A stretch of DNA of 59,129 bases, counting the filler, from Rhizaria sp. SCN 62-66 (Eukaryota): assembly GCA_001724265.1 (NCBI GenBank). It is 4 parts of 4 records of this genome, joined end to end, with 100 filler letters (N's around TTAATTAATTAA, not from the genome) between each part and the next. Parts side by side here need not be neighbours in the genome. Positions count along the whole stretch, not along the records: positions 30,074 to 44,600 come from MEDY01000506.1; 3 more parts are not named here. One strand, 5' to 3'. The notes beneath the pieces were generated by a model, which did not search any database, had not been told where the DNA came from, and was given only the letters and a program-made list of their open reading frames with translations. Below are positions 30,589 to 44,700 of this stretch, in pieces; within the stretch, counting starts at the first letter, position 1, and every line of letters starts with the position of its first letter. The position numbers were made by a program, and so were the translations under genes.

Positions 30589-32402
30589 GTTGTTGGTTGT
30601 AGAAAATCCTTTGATGAGATTTCGCACAAGCTCAAATGTGCCCGCTGGATCCTCTTTTGGCTTGCCAACCTGCCTGGTAGGTTGCAGGGGGGTGGCGGCT
30701 TGATATTCGCTCTCGTCGACCCACAGTCACTCCCGTCAGTGTCTTGCGATCTAAATGGGAGACTTTGAGTACCAAGAACGCGATTTTGGGAAACTATAAG
30801 TTAAAGAAATACTGTATATAGTGGTTCGCGTCTGATTATGCTATGTTCAAATGACTGTCGTTTGACTCGAGCGTGTATTCCCTGAGAGTACGAGATTTCC
30901 TCTGGTAAGTTTTGTCGAGATATATCAGTGGAACTCAACATAATGCAACATATAATATTAGATGCGCAATCGCAAAATACGATTCTATGTTATGTAGCTA
31001 CCATATTGCGAAGAACTCGATTATGACGTTAATAAGTGAGACAACATTGTTCCAACCACAACTTCTTTTGCACCCCTTGTTGTGCCTAGGCAATAAAATA
31101 GCTGCTACCGATAGGAAAAATGTGGTACCAGCTATATTATACAATGAACCATTACATCCTCAAACATTTCCTGAAGGTATCTTGTTTGGTGGCGGTGCTA
31201 GCTTCAAGTACTACATCACTGTTCAAGTCATGTTCCAAAAAGAACAAGAACACTTACCCGGAGTCCTTCAGCGCAACAACTCTCATAAACTGTTATACAC
31301 AGGGCCTGACAATTTTGTCGTAATACTTACATGGAAGGGTTTGATGGCGCAGGCTTACTTCCCGCCAACCAGGACCGTCCAGTTGTCAGTGAGCCGAACC
31401 AACTCAACTCAGACCCATATCCAGCCTTCACCCCGGCACGAGGCCGAGATCGGGCGCGGACACAGTCGAAGATCTCGGCGCGCAAGGCGGGATCAAACTG
31501 GCCAATGAAAAAGCCTCCGCTAGCGCTCCGGTGGCGCGATTGCGAAGGACCGTGTTGTGCAATGGTTTCCTTTGCGTCTTCTTGTGGTTCAAGAGGAAGG
31601 CGAGCGTGGAAAGCAGCATGCCCCAATCGTGCTGCGCGATAGCTTTATTTACAAACCGCAATATAGAGCTCCATAACGGCAATGTTTGTGTGGTTAGTCA
31701 GCAAAGCCCTGATACTTCAGGACCACCTTCAAGCGCCTGGTCCTGTTTCTGACCCTCGAGGTGATGCTTTCTGTGCCACAACGGACACTTACAAGAGCAC
31801 ATCGTCGTATTCTAGCAATATACTCAGGATGATATCGCATAAAACACTGTATTTCTCAATATAACTTCTGTGAGCGACGCAAACACTACCATGGGACATG
31901 AGTCGAGAAGCGCGCCATGACCGCTTTTATGCGTATATGATCTTGGTAGGAACACAAACCCGTGGTTAATGTATTACGGATACATGCAGTAATAATACAT
32001 TGCTGTTTGATCTCATTCTGCATGTATCTTCACGGAGGAAACGTCCGTTAAAATCTGACCACAAACAGCTTTTGCAGCGCGATCTGGCGGCTTGCGGCGC
32101 GTGACTCGTATGTGGTTGGCTGCCCAAAGCAGGTTTGCGCAAACGGGGTGCACTTTGAGAACTTTCCTTATGAGAGCTGAAACTGAGTCACAGGAGTAAT
32201 TCAGCTTGACAACTTTTACAATGACTTGCATTTTGTTTATATTCATTTGTTTCGCGGCATCTCGAGTCTGTTACTGCGCCTTTAGCGCTGTTGATATGAA
32301 ACGACCCCACTTGGCCAAACAAACTCTCTCACCTCCTGTACCTTGCCCGCTTTTCCGCCCTTCTTTTGCTTTGTACTCACGATTTCTATCACTGAAAAGG
32401 TG

Positions 32403-35400
32403 ATGGAGGATCCTTCAGCGTCTCAATCGGACGATGACCTTATGTTCTCTCCGGACCGGTACGTATATTGCCTCCTATTCTGTCTGAAACCGCGGGACCA
32501 CGCGCTTCCTCATCCTAAGCACACATCCTTCTTTTCAACCCCATTGCCCCACTCTCTCCTCCTCACTTTCACTTTAAATCTATTTACCTTCTGTTATTCC
32601 GCTCCTGTTTATAGTAAATACGACCTCAAAGGGCTTGGCGGCTCTGACGAGCGCGACGAAAACGGTGACCTCGTGAACAAGCCCGCCATGTGCAGTGGCG
32701 ATACGGGCAAGCAAGAGGTCCGCAACGCTCGCAAGACGGGCCGTTTCGTCGAAGATTTCACTCAACAGTCCACCGAGTTCCTCGAAGCCGCTGTTCTGCG
32801 CCGTCTCGACGTCTTGAAGAAGGTTATCGACGGCGGGGCGTCAGTTAAACTCTCCGACGCCGACCTCGCCCTCTTTGCCACTGTCGACAAGCTCAACTCA
32901 ACCGCTGCCGACGGCCAGGACTCTAACGCTGCCGCCACCACCGGCAGCACCGCCACCGACGCCTCTGCCGCCACTTCGTCCCTCGCCACTACCGCTGCCT
33001 CTGCCGACGCTTCTGCCACCGCTGCCGGAGGTGCTGCGAACATGGGTGACGTCGGCATCGGCGTCCAGGACGACATCCCTCTGGCCACGGCCGCAGTCAA
33101 CCTGCCGAACCTCTACCTCAACGGCTGGAACGCCAACTTCTTCGATTTCCGTGGTAACGCCCTCCCCAAGGGCGCGACCTTGGTCGGCGCGGCCGAGTTT
33201 GAGCGCCAGCCTGACAACTCAACCGCTCTCTCTCTCGAGCCCGGTGCCTACGTGCACCTCGACCTCAGTGTCGGCTCTATGCTGGCCGCTAAAGCCAGTC
33301 GTACCACCGTCATCGTGCTCGAAGTCCTTTGCCCCACTTTGCCCCGTGATGCCGCCTCGCTCGTGGTGTATAACCCTGGTTTCCACACCGCCGCCGGCCG
33401 CGCCCCCGACGGCGACGCGTTAGTTTCCTCCGACGGTGGCGTCGGCGCGCTCGGCCGCTTCGGTCTTGGCTCGCTCGCCATGCTCACCGGCACCGGCCCC
33501 TCGTCCGCCGTCGTCCCCGGCGAATGGGCACGCATCATCCTCGCACGCCACACGACCTTCCTCGGCGACCACGTGCTCACCACGTTCGTCAACGGCACTC
33601 TCGCCGCTCAAGTCACCGACCCTCTGCTGGGCTCGGACCGGTTCGCGATCGCGCGCAACGAGATCGATCTCTTCCGTTCCGCGCGCGCTGGACTGCAGCT
33701 GCCGTTTAAGGTCCGGGTCGGCGCGGTGTTCGCCACTCCCCTCAACAGCAACGTGCAGGACCTCATCAAGCTGCTTAACAAGACAACGTTCACGTTTTCC
33801 TCGCACCGTCTCAAGCAAGAGGCCGTCGAGACGCGACTTTTCGCGAACCTGACCCTCGCGCCTCTGTACAAGCGACCCCCGCCTCTGTGGATGCACTCCT
33901 CATTCCTCCACACTCTGTCAGCCCCGCTGCTCTCGTTCAAGTCCGAAGTCGCCGCCGCGGCCCTGCCCGACTTCCTCCCCGTCTTCTCCCTCGTCCTCCG
34001 AGGCATGCTGGCGTCAAGCTCGACCACGCCCGTGCTCGATGCACTGACCGCGGACCACCGCGAGCGTGTCGCCGCCGTCGCGCACTCGTTCGCGCGCGCG
34101 CTGCCGCTGGCCAAACGTTTCCCTGTCGGCCCGCGCGCCGGTGTCAGTGGACAGGTCAACTACCTCAAGCTCGTCGTCGAGGCTGTTACGGCGACCCGTG
34201 TCGGCGAGACCACGGTCATCCCACTGGCCCTGATGCAGATGCGCGCGATGACCCGCAACACGGGTTACCGGCATGATTCGAGCACCTCGGAGCAGGCGAC
34301 GATGGCGCAGCTCGCGTATCTCGTCCTTGTCGAACGCACCACCGAGACCACGTGCACCGTCGCTATCGTCAACGCGTCGCTCGATTCTGGCCTGCGTTTC
34401 CACCCTACTTCAGCGGCAGCGCCCGGCGCGCTGCAGTATCACCTCTCGCTGCCGATCGAGGACGTGCCGCTGGACCGGGTGACTGACGGCGCGCTGTGGG
34501 CGCCCCTCGTCACCATGATCGACCCCGTTGGCGGCCGGCCCTACACGCCCGGAACCGACCTCTACGCTCGTATCCTCTCTCTTCTCACACAGCAGCCGAT
34601 TGCGGCCATCGTTGCCCGCGCCGCCGCCGCCGCCGCTGAGCACCCCGAGACGACGGCGCAGGAGTTCTCCCCCCTGCCGTTGCTCTCTGGCTCCCCCGCC
34701 ACACTCTGTCGCGAAGCCATGCGGTTCATGCTCCGTCGCCGCGGGCTCTCCCGCGCCCACGCTCAACTCGTCGATTTCGGCTTCCAGGCCCGTCTGCTGG
34801 AGCTTGCCCACAGCGACGTCGTGTGCTTCCCCCGCGTCTCTGATATGGACGCGCGCGCTCTGCTCGCCGCTGTTGCCACCGTCGCCGGCGAGGCCGCGCG
34901 ATGTGCCGCCGAGACCGGGTTGCTCGGCACTGCTACTTTGGCCTCGGTCTGCGCCGCGCTGAAGGACCTCGGCTCCGGCGTGGCTCAACTCCGCTCCCGC
35001 TATGACGTCGAAGCGCCTCCGCAGCTTCATCTCGACGACGGCGGCGTGTCGCACGACGCCACGCAGCACTCACTTTTCCCTTATATGGAGCGATTTGTGC
35101 GGCTGGAGGGCGTCGATGGGCTCGCTGGCGCTGCTGACAAGGCCGAAGACGCAGTTCCGTATGACATCATGCGTCTGCCGGCGCGTGCACGCACGTTCGA
35201 AGACGTGTCTTTCGCGATCCTGTATACGCACGACCAGCTTTTCCACGCCGCGGACAAGAAGTCCGTGCAGAACAACAATGCCATCATTGTGACGCTCGTG
35301 GAACACCTGATCACGCGTGTGCTTCCGATCCCCGTGGCGATCCACGCCTCAGAAGCCGAGCGCCGCGACTGCCCGTGGCAGACCCCGATCACCCACTCAC

Positions 35401-38400
35401 AGCAATCACGCCTCGTCTTCGTGCTTGACCGACTGCTGCTCTGCCTTGTCTCTGCCGGTGTGCAGGTGGCCGACTCGCGTGCCGTTGACTACACGCGCCT
35501 CACCACGGCCGCCGGTATCATCGTCATGATCGATTCCCTCCTGCGCCGCCGCACCACAGATTACCAGTCCCCCACATCGCTGGCGCTGCTCGAAGGCCGC
35601 TTCGGCCCCAGTGCCGGCGCCTACGCCCTGCAGACGGAGACCGCGATCGGCGCGTACCCTGAGCTCCAGGTCGCGCGCGCGCACATTCTCACGTATTTCG
35701 CCGCTATTGCACCGACCCGTGTGATCTTCCCGTACCGCGGCCAGTTCTTTGCCCCCGCTGACCTGGACTACATGAAGGACATCAACACGCGCTCCAGTGC
35801 CCCCACCAGCCGCGCGCAGTTGATCAACGGTCTCCTCCCCTCCACAGCGTTCGAATCCCCCGTCATCGAGTCGTTCCCCGAGCTTGTTCACCAGCGTGAC
35901 GCGAGCTTTTACTTCGCGTTCCTGCAGACCAAGTTCACTGTGCGCATTTACCCGGGCCAAGGCGACGAGCGTGTCATGCCTGTCCCTGTCACGATGAACT
36001 CGTACGATAAGCGTCAGCTCAACATCTACTTCCTGAACACGTCGGTGTCGTTCACCCAGCCTCCCGAGCTCCGTTTTCCTCCCGGCGCGTCTGTTCCTCT
36101 GCTCACCGGCGTCTCCGGCCTCAAGACTGAGGATGACGTGCTCCACGTGCCTTCGCTGCCCGACTTCGACGGCGCACTCGGCCAGGCCGACTCGGAGCTG
36201 CTGCTCTCGTACCTCACCGTGCCATACCTGCGCATTCCTCTCGTGCTGGGCTTTTTCGCCTCTGAGGAGCGCATCAACGCCCTCAAGTCGTCCAAGCTCT
36301 GCGGTCTCCTCGAGGCCGTGCTGTTCGAGCCCGGCCGCTTTTTGCCAGTCGTGCCCGCCAAGGACATTATTGTCCAGCGCACCATGCCCAACGGCACTCT
36401 GTCTCGTCTCCGCGCCACTGACGCACAAAAGCTCGCCGACAAGAACGCCGCCCCCGCTCCCGGCACCGCGGCCGCCACCCTCGCCGCCGCGGAAGCTGCG
36501 GAGGCCGAGGCCAAGACGGCCAGTGAGCAAGAGCAAGCCGCGCTCATCGACGAGCCCGTCGTGCCCATCGCCGACCCCACGACGCTGGCCACGCGCTATG
36601 GCTTCCTGCTCAACGAGCTCCGCCACGCGCCCGGCAACGTGCTTTCCTCTGCTGTGGCCATGGTCGAGCTCGCGCTCGCGCTGGATATCGGCACTGTTCA
36701 GTCGTCGTCCGTGCCGATCTTGCTCTTCGTCTTCCGCACCGCAGCCCGCATCGAGAGCTACGCCGCGTTTGCCCTGCGCCAGGCTGAGCTCTCCGCGGCG
36801 CGCGCGCAGGGGAGACCCGCGGCCGCAGCGCTGGGCCCGGACTCGGCCCACGCCGACTGCGATGAGATCGTGCCCGCCACGTCCGAGCACCAGCAGGCGC
36901 TCAGCGACGGGCTTAAGAAGCTGCGCCGTCTACTCTGGGGCCGCGTCGCGACGACGCTCGCGAAGTGGGGCGCCGAGCTCTGGCAGATCATGCGCGCCAG
37001 CCAGGATAAGGAGGCCGAGGACGAGGACGACGCGGACTCCGGTGAGGCAGACCGGCCCAACCGAAGCCGAGCGTTCAGTGGTGGTCGCGGTGGTCGCGGT
37101 GGCTTCGGCGGCGGCCGTTCGCGCCGCGACGACGACGACGACGACAAGGACGACGAAGGGAAACCCTTCCCGATTCACATGATGCGCCAACGCCGAAACA
37201 ACCAGACCACCGAGGACCCGAACAAGTCCCTCTACGACTCGACCTCGCGCAACCGCCGCGGGTTTGATCTCGTTGACAAGGCGGCCAAGCGTCTTACGGG
37301 CTCGGACAAGCGCACCAGGGACCTCGAGGCCGACCAGAGGGCCGTCAAGAAGCTCAGCATCGACGCTGCCACGCGTTTACTCTGCGATCTACACGCGCAC
37401 ACCGTTGTTTTGTTCCGCAGTGTCGACGCCTCGATGCTGTCTGCGAACCCTGCCCACGGTGCCGCGCTGGTCACCGGCATGCTTTTCCTCACCACGCGCC
37501 ACTCGTTCGGCCGCGACACACTGCAGATCACCGAGCATTTGGTGTTTGAGTCGATGCACACTGTGCGCCGTGCCCTCGTCGCGTGGTTGCGGAAGCTCAC
37601 CGCGCCCGCGCTTAGCCTCGTCATGGAGTCGGTCATCCGTGTCGTCACCTGCGAGGGCGTTCTCGACATGCGGCTTATCGCACCCGCTGAAACCCCCGAC
37701 GGACTCCTCTCGCCCCCGCCCCCTACTATGGGCGGCCCCGGCGTGGCGTCGAGCACCGCGGTCGTCGTCGCCGCCTCCACCACCGGTGGCGCCAACTCCC
37801 TCGCTGTCCCGTCTGTCACTCTGTCCAGCGGCTCTTCCCCTCTGCTCGCCGCTCCCGCGCTTCTCTCCGCGCCCTCACTCCTGCGCCGCACGTCGAGTGT
37901 GCGGCACTCTGGCGTCGACATCGATCCCAGTCAAATCGCCACCGAGGTCATGACGCGTCTACTGGGCCCTTCGCCGGCCGAGCAGCCCCGCCGTGTATGG
38001 CGCTACGTGCCCGGCCCCGCATGTACCGGTCTCTTCGTTTCTGTCGACTTGCTGCCAACCGCTGCCACCGCAGCTAGCAACAGCAATGCGATCGAGAATC
38101 ACGCCCCCATGACCGGAGAGGCCTCTACAGCGTTGACTGAGGCTGCAGGTGGGGGCGGCGGCGGCGCGGGTAACGCGCTGTGGAGCGACGTCAAGCAGGG
38201 CATGAAGGTCGACACCCAGTCGTGGCAGCTTACCCTCAAGGGTTCTCAGCTCCAGGCCCTGCCGGAAAGTGTCCACAGTAACTCGGACGTGCGCGACATC
38301 TGCGGCACTCGCTCGCTGCAGGCCGCGCTCACGGACGCCGCGAAGAACCGCACTGTGTACCGCCTCGTCGGACTTAACTACGACCTCAGCGTGTGGACGC

Positions 38401-41400
38401 CGGACACCCGCGGCGAGTACTTCGAAGCCGAGCGGCTCTACGACGCGAATGACTTGCACCCGCACGAGCGTTGGGTTGCCGAGCTGCTCGAGCCCGTGCG
38501 TCTGGCCTTCTTCGAGATGCCGCCGCCGCCGCTGATGATCTTCATGCCGACGCAGGCCCTCGCCAAGAACGCCAGTGTCGCCTACCTTGTCGGCATGCAT
38601 CCGGAGCACCACGGCGCGTGGAAAGAGTTCGTCGTCCACAAGCACCGCCGCATGGTTGAGGTCTTCACTGTTGCTTCCCACGGGCGCCGGTTCTACCGCA
38701 CGCTGAGCTTCACCACGCACGCGCACTTGTCGCTGGAGAACATCGACTGCGATACCGAGGACCGCCAGCGTCCGTGGGCCGACTGGGAGCGCTACGCCGC
38801 CGGCGACCCCAAGGAGAACTACAGCGACACCACGGTGGTCATCTCCCGCGGGCCCGAGTGCATGGAGAACCTCTCTGGCACCACGGAGACGTACGTGCCC
38901 AACTGGTACATCCGGTCGATGGTGCCCGACGGCCTCGTCGCCTCGTACCGGTTCTGGCAGGACGAGAAAGACAACCTCCGTGGTTACCCCATCGACAGCA
39001 AGAAAAACTCCACAGTCGTCTTCGTCGAGTTGATCCGCGTGTCGCGCTGCGATGGCTTTGAGGAGCCCGGTGTGTCTGCCCGCGTCACCCGCATGCCGCG
39101 CGCTCTCATGGCCGCCCGCGCCGGCATCGCTACCGCGGGCGCTGACGCCACCGCGGCGGCGGCGGACGGCAGCGCGGCGGCGGCGGCGGCTGCCTCAGCG
39201 GTCGGCGGTCTCGCGCTTGAAGACGAGGAGCTTGAGCTTGTCAACCTGTTGCACGCACCCAAGTACTCCCAAGCCTACCAGATCGCGTCTGCGATGAGCC
39301 GTCTCGACGGTTTGTCGCACGTTCTCGCGTGGAAGCGTGTCGGCGCCGCCGCCACTCTGGTCGACGCCCGCAAGCAAGTGCTGCATATCGATCCCGCCGA
39401 GGCCGTTTCCGCCGCCGCGTCGCTTAACTCCCCCGTCGCGCCCGCACAGCTGAAGCTGGCCAAGACCGCGGACGAGCTCGCCCAGGAGGCCGCGGATAAG
39501 AGCGCGGCGGCGCGGCTGCTGGAGCTGCCGTTGATCGAGCTCCCGCGGCTCAAGATGTCGTTCCACACGCGCGTCGTCGACGGCGAGTGCCGGCTGTACT
39601 CGCTCGACCACGCCGACCTGTATGTGTCCAACGCGCGCAGCGCTGACTTAGCGCGCATCTCGGCCGGTATCCCGCATTCGCTCATCATGTCGAACGATAA
39701 CGGCGAGCTGTCGATGCTTGTGCCGTGCGTTAACGTCGCGCGCCCTCAGATCGCCACCGCGCCGCTGTCCACGGAGCTCGTTCTGATGCGTGGTGACACT
39801 GAGTGGCTTGAAAAGATGGAGACGCGCTATTTCCTTTACCCGATTCACGTCTCGCTGTCGTTCGTCTTCACGCCGACGCTCGCATCCGCGCTGTACCTCA
39901 TGCTGCTGCGGTTGCTGCACCGCGACTACGCCGAGGTTTTCCGTCTTGCTGACACGATCGGCTCCGATACGGAGCTCTCGGCTGAAGAGCGTCAGATTTT
40001 CCTCGCGCTCGGCGAGGCCAACAACGACATCCACGCCGACGCCTGCGCCTGCCGTCTCAAGATCTCCCTCGCAATGATGGACTCCGCCGACGTCCAGCTG
40101 CCCTGGGTGCTGTTGCCCGTCTACGGCATCTACACGCAGCGCATCGCCACACTCTCCGCGTCATGCCGCCTTTCACACAACGACGAAATCGCCATCGCCC
40201 GCGCCGCGTTGACCCCCAGCGTCTGCGGCAAGCTCCGCCGTTTTGCCCGCCCTTCGCGCGCCTTCCGTGTGCCGCTCTACGTCCCCATGGCGATGATGGC
40301 CCACAACCGGCTGCAGTACCTCGAAGCGCTCGTCTACGGCCGCGGCGCCTACCACACGCTCACGCTGCCAACCCCCGACGCGCAGTGCGTTCTCACGGCC
40401 GATTTCGGCACTGTCGAGGAGCTTCTCTCCGCGAGTGGCCACGCCGCGCTGCTGTCTGAGGCCGCCGTCGCACGCGTCCGACCCCCGATCACCCGCGCGT
40501 TCGCCCGCCCTGTCAAGCAGGTCTACCGCGCCCCGCGCAACACCGCTGGCGTCGAGGTGCTCGCCGTGTCGTCGCGTTTCCTCGCCCACGGTGAAACGGT
40601 CGAGAACCTCAGCGGCGGCGCTCTCGGTTTCCTCTACGTGTACCAGCTGTTGCAGTCGGACATCCGTGTCCGCATCAGTGGCCGCGACTGTGCGCGCTCC
40701 TACGGTCTCTTTGCCATGTCCATGCTCGCAATGCCGCGCGCGAGCCGTCTCATGGTGATCCTGCGTCTCATGGCGCTGCGTCCTGACGTGGCCAAGGTGC
40801 TGCCACGCTGGTCTGTGTTTAACAAGACCAACGCCAACAACGACATGGGCGACGCCGCCGGTCGCTCCGCCAAGGCTGTTGCCGTCGAAGGGCTCGCCGA
40901 GTTCGTCAAGCAGATCACCGACACCATCGCGGCCCTCTACAAGGTTGACCCCCAGCTCGTCGCGGCCCGCTACGGCAACTCTCCGGCTTCGGTCTACGCC
41001 GAGATCGCGCTCGCCACCTTCGCCAAGCCTGCCAACACGGGCCTCTGCGCTGGGATTGTGCCCGTGCGCGCGTGGGTCATCCCCCAGCTGTCCGACTACG
41101 ACTGCGATGCACGCTACCTCGTCGCCGCGCCCACCAACATCACCGCTACTGGCACTGCCGCCGGTAATGGTGCTGCTGATGAGAGCGCGGCCGCGCTGGA
41201 GCGCCGTCTCAAGCTCCAGCAAGCCACCGGTGGCTCCGGCACTGCCGCCGGCGCTGGCAACTCTGCCGCGCTGGCGCTGAAGCGCGTGCTCCGCGACTGG
41301 GAGGCCGCCGAGAAGAAGGACCAGTGGCATTTCACCGACAGCGCGTGGGCTGACCATGCCCGCTTCGCCGCACGCGGTCTCCAGCCGCTCGTCGGCGGGA

Positions 41401-44400
41401 TCCTCGGTGATCTTAACGTCGCCGACGAGGTATCCCTCCGCGCGCCGACTGAGACGAGCGGTCCTATCGCGAGTGAGCTGCCGATCGACGTGCGTGCGCA
41501 CCCCGGTGTGCAGTCCGGTGTCGCGCTCGCCATGCAAACCCGCATGGAGAAGGACATCGGCCTGTTTAGCGCGTCGTACAACGCGTCCAAGGACGTGTAC
41601 ATCAAGGGCCTCACGGACGTCGATGTGCGCACTCTCATCAACGGCGGTGACGCCGCCAGCTCTGGTAGCAGTGCTGCCGTTGCGGCACTCAAGGTGAGTC
41701 TGGAGACTGTCATCCGCCGCCTCGCCTCCGTGAAGGCCGAAGACGAAGTCCTTGTGCGCAACTCTTTCCGCTTCATCAGGCACCTCTCGCGCCAGCAGAT
41801 CAACCTGCGCAAGAGTGGTAACTCCTTCACCGAGCGTCTCTTTGGCCGTGACGCCGGTATCGTGCGCGCCGTCTCCGGTCTCGAGGGTCACGAAGCTCTC
41901 GCAGTGACGCGTCATGTCACCCACTGGCTGGCCGTCATGTCCGGCCGCGAGCCTGAGCTGGAGCTCGAGTACGTTATCGGCGCACTGCTTTCGTCTCGCG
42001 CCGTGTTTGACTTGCGCAAGATTAACCCGTTCTTGACCGATGACGTCATCAGCGTCATCATGGCCTTTACGGAGGCCGCGTTGTTGCGTGCAAACCGTAT
42101 CGGTCACATCAACCGTACGCTGGGTGAGGCACGTGACTTGTTCAAGCTTCTCGACTCTGTTGCCAAGGTCACCGGCGACAGCAGCACTGACGCCAGCGCG
42201 ACTGCGACCGCGACTGCGGTCGCTTCGTCGTCGTCGACTTCGCACGCCGCGTTGATCGCCGGTGTGATCCAGAAGAGCAAGGCCCTGGGCACCCAGCTCA
42301 CCGCGGCGCGCTTCTACTGCGACACCACAACCGCAGACGCCGTGGCCGCGGCCGAGGGCGCAGACGCCGTCGCCGAAGCCCACGCGCCCGGTAAGTGCGG
42401 CTCCTGGCTTTTTGCGGCACAGATCCCCGCCGAGCACCTCGAGTACGCCGTCTCCCACCGCGTCACTGCCCTTGAGGCCGCGGCACTTGCGCATGAGGCC
42501 GCGGTTGCCCAGTGGGAGGCGGACCCGGCCAACGCGGGCAAAGACAACCTCGTCAAGGGCCGCTGCTGCGTGCTCGAGGCCCGCGCGCTGCGCCGGCTGT
42601 TCAAGCACGGTATGCGCGGTGATAGCGTGCCGGTTTACCGCGGTCCGCTTGAGAAGCTCGCCGATGAGGGCGTGTACGGCGTGTCCCGCGCAGTCAAGGC
42701 CGGCGTCATGCTGCCGCGCGCCGACACCGCGGGCGCCAGCAGCAACGGCGGTGGTGGTGCGACCATTGTCAAGTACGACCCGCGCTTCCTTGTGTTTGAG
42801 TTCACGTGGAACATCATGCTGCGCAAGAGTCAGGTCACCATGGTGCGTGATTTCGCCGCCAATATCCGCTCTGGCAAGTCGATCGTCAAGCAGATGATCA
42901 TGGGTGCCGGTAAGACCACGGTCGTCGCACCGCTGCTCACGCTCATGTTCGGCGACGGCAAGTCACTTGTCATGGAGGTCGTGCCGCCCGCGCTGCTTGA
43001 GTTCTCGCGCTCGATCATGCGCTCGACATTCTCGACCGTCATGTATAAGCGCGTGTCGACGTTCCACTTTGACCGCGCGTCGATCCCGAACCCGTCGATG
43101 CTCACCAAGCTGCGCGCCGCCGTCGCCGCCCGCGGTGTCGTCATCTCTACCCCCACCTCGGTCAAGTCCGTCATGCTCAAACTGCTCGAGACACAGCAGC
43201 AGCTTAAGGACCTCACTCTCCCGCGCACCCGCGAGCTGGAGCACGAGCGTGACGTGCTTGTGGCGTTGCTCCACGAGTTCCAGAAGGGCGTTCTGCTCAT
43301 GGACGAGGTCGATATGATCCTGCACCCGCTCAAGTCCGAGCTCAACTTCCCCATCGGCGCTAAGCACGAGCTTGACTTCGACCCCCTGCGCTGGCGTCTT
43401 GCTATGCACGTGCTTGACGCCGTCTACTACCACGCCACGCCCGTCGTGCCGGCCGATTTCCGCGACTCCAAGGCCGCCGTGGCGCTGCTGGAGCAGATCT
43501 CGGCCGCCGTGCGCGTCGGTCTGTCGGAGCGTCACATGCAGTCGTCGCCGCACGTCGTGCTGCTCAACGCAGACTTCTACTACGCCACGCTGCTGCCGCT
43601 TATGTGCGATTGGGTGATGCTGTGGGTCGAGGCGCAGCACCTGACCGGCATCACGTCCGCGCAGTTACGCGAGTACTTGCTCACTCCAGACGTCCACAGC
43701 GCCGAGCTGACGGCCGCAGTTGAGACGGGCGTGACCCCGCACTTCCGCAAGATGATGAACCTCGCCCGCGACTGGCTGCGCTCGTACTTGCCGCACGTTC
43801 TGCAGAAGATCGACCGCGTCGGCTTCGGTCTGCTGTCCGAGGAAGACTACGAGCGCGCCGTCAAGAACGACCCCAACATCCCCGAGACGCGTGCCAAGCT
43901 CGCCATCCCGTTCCTCGGCAAGGACGTGCCTTCGGAGACGTCGGAGTTCGCGCACCCCGACGTCATCATCGGTTTGACATACATGGCGTACCGCTACGAA
44001 GGTCTCCGCTACACCGATTTCTGCGAAGTGATCGACAGTCTGCACTCGTCGCTGGGCAAGGAGCTGGGGCCCTACATCAAGCGGCCCGCGGTGATGCGGT
44101 ACGCACGCTGGGTCCGCGAAGCTGGCGGTGTAATCCGCGGTGAGGCCTCGTCCACCCCCGCCGCGCCCTCCGCCGCCACTGCGCACACGCAGGGCCTGGC
44201 GCCTCTGCAGGAGTGCAAGGAAGCCGGCGGCGCCGCTGCTGCTGCTGGCGAGGACGAAGAAGAGGAAGAAGTCATCGACTTGCGCCCCGAAGTCATGCCG
44301 CTGCGCCTGCTCAAGCGCTCCAACGTCGACCACATGAAGGCACTTTTCGCGCTCGTCGTCCGTGAGCCTCTGGTCATCCAGTGGTACTTGAACGATTTCG

Positions 44401-44600
44401 TCTTCCCGGCCCACTTGCGCCACCAGAAGGTCAAGCTCTCTGCCTCCGGTGTCGAGATCGGTGGCGACATGCTCTTCTCGCGCCGCGTCGGTTTCTCCGG
44501 CACGCCGTCCGACCTGCTCCCGCTGGAGCTCGGCCAGTGCGACTACGAGAAGGGCACCGACGGTATGATGGTGCACGTGCTCACCTCGCCCGACATGGTT
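32403..44600 (+). CDS. Giant (>4014 aa, 3'-truncated) DUF3638/DUF3645-type P-loop helicase-like protein with an N-terminal LamG/concanavalin-like region (exons 32403-32458, 32615->44600)
   Basis: 12-kb open frame; Walker A KQMIMGAGKTTV (~42888), Walker B LLMDEVD (~43295), DUF3645-like RAKLAIPFLGKDVPSETSEFAHPDVIIGLTYMAYRYEGL (~43890-44010), GFSGTP; LamG-like VVPGEWARIIL...TTFVNG (~33510-33600). Confidence 0.85.
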
Positions 44601-44700
44601 NNNNNNNNNNNNNNNNNNNNNNNNNNNNNNNNNNNNNNNNNNNNTTAATTAATTAANNNNNNNNNNNNNNNNNNNNNNNNNNNNNNNNNNNNNNNNNNNN
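44601..44700. other. Artificial contig-joining linker
   Basis: N44-TTAATTAATTAA-N44. Confidence 0.97.
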
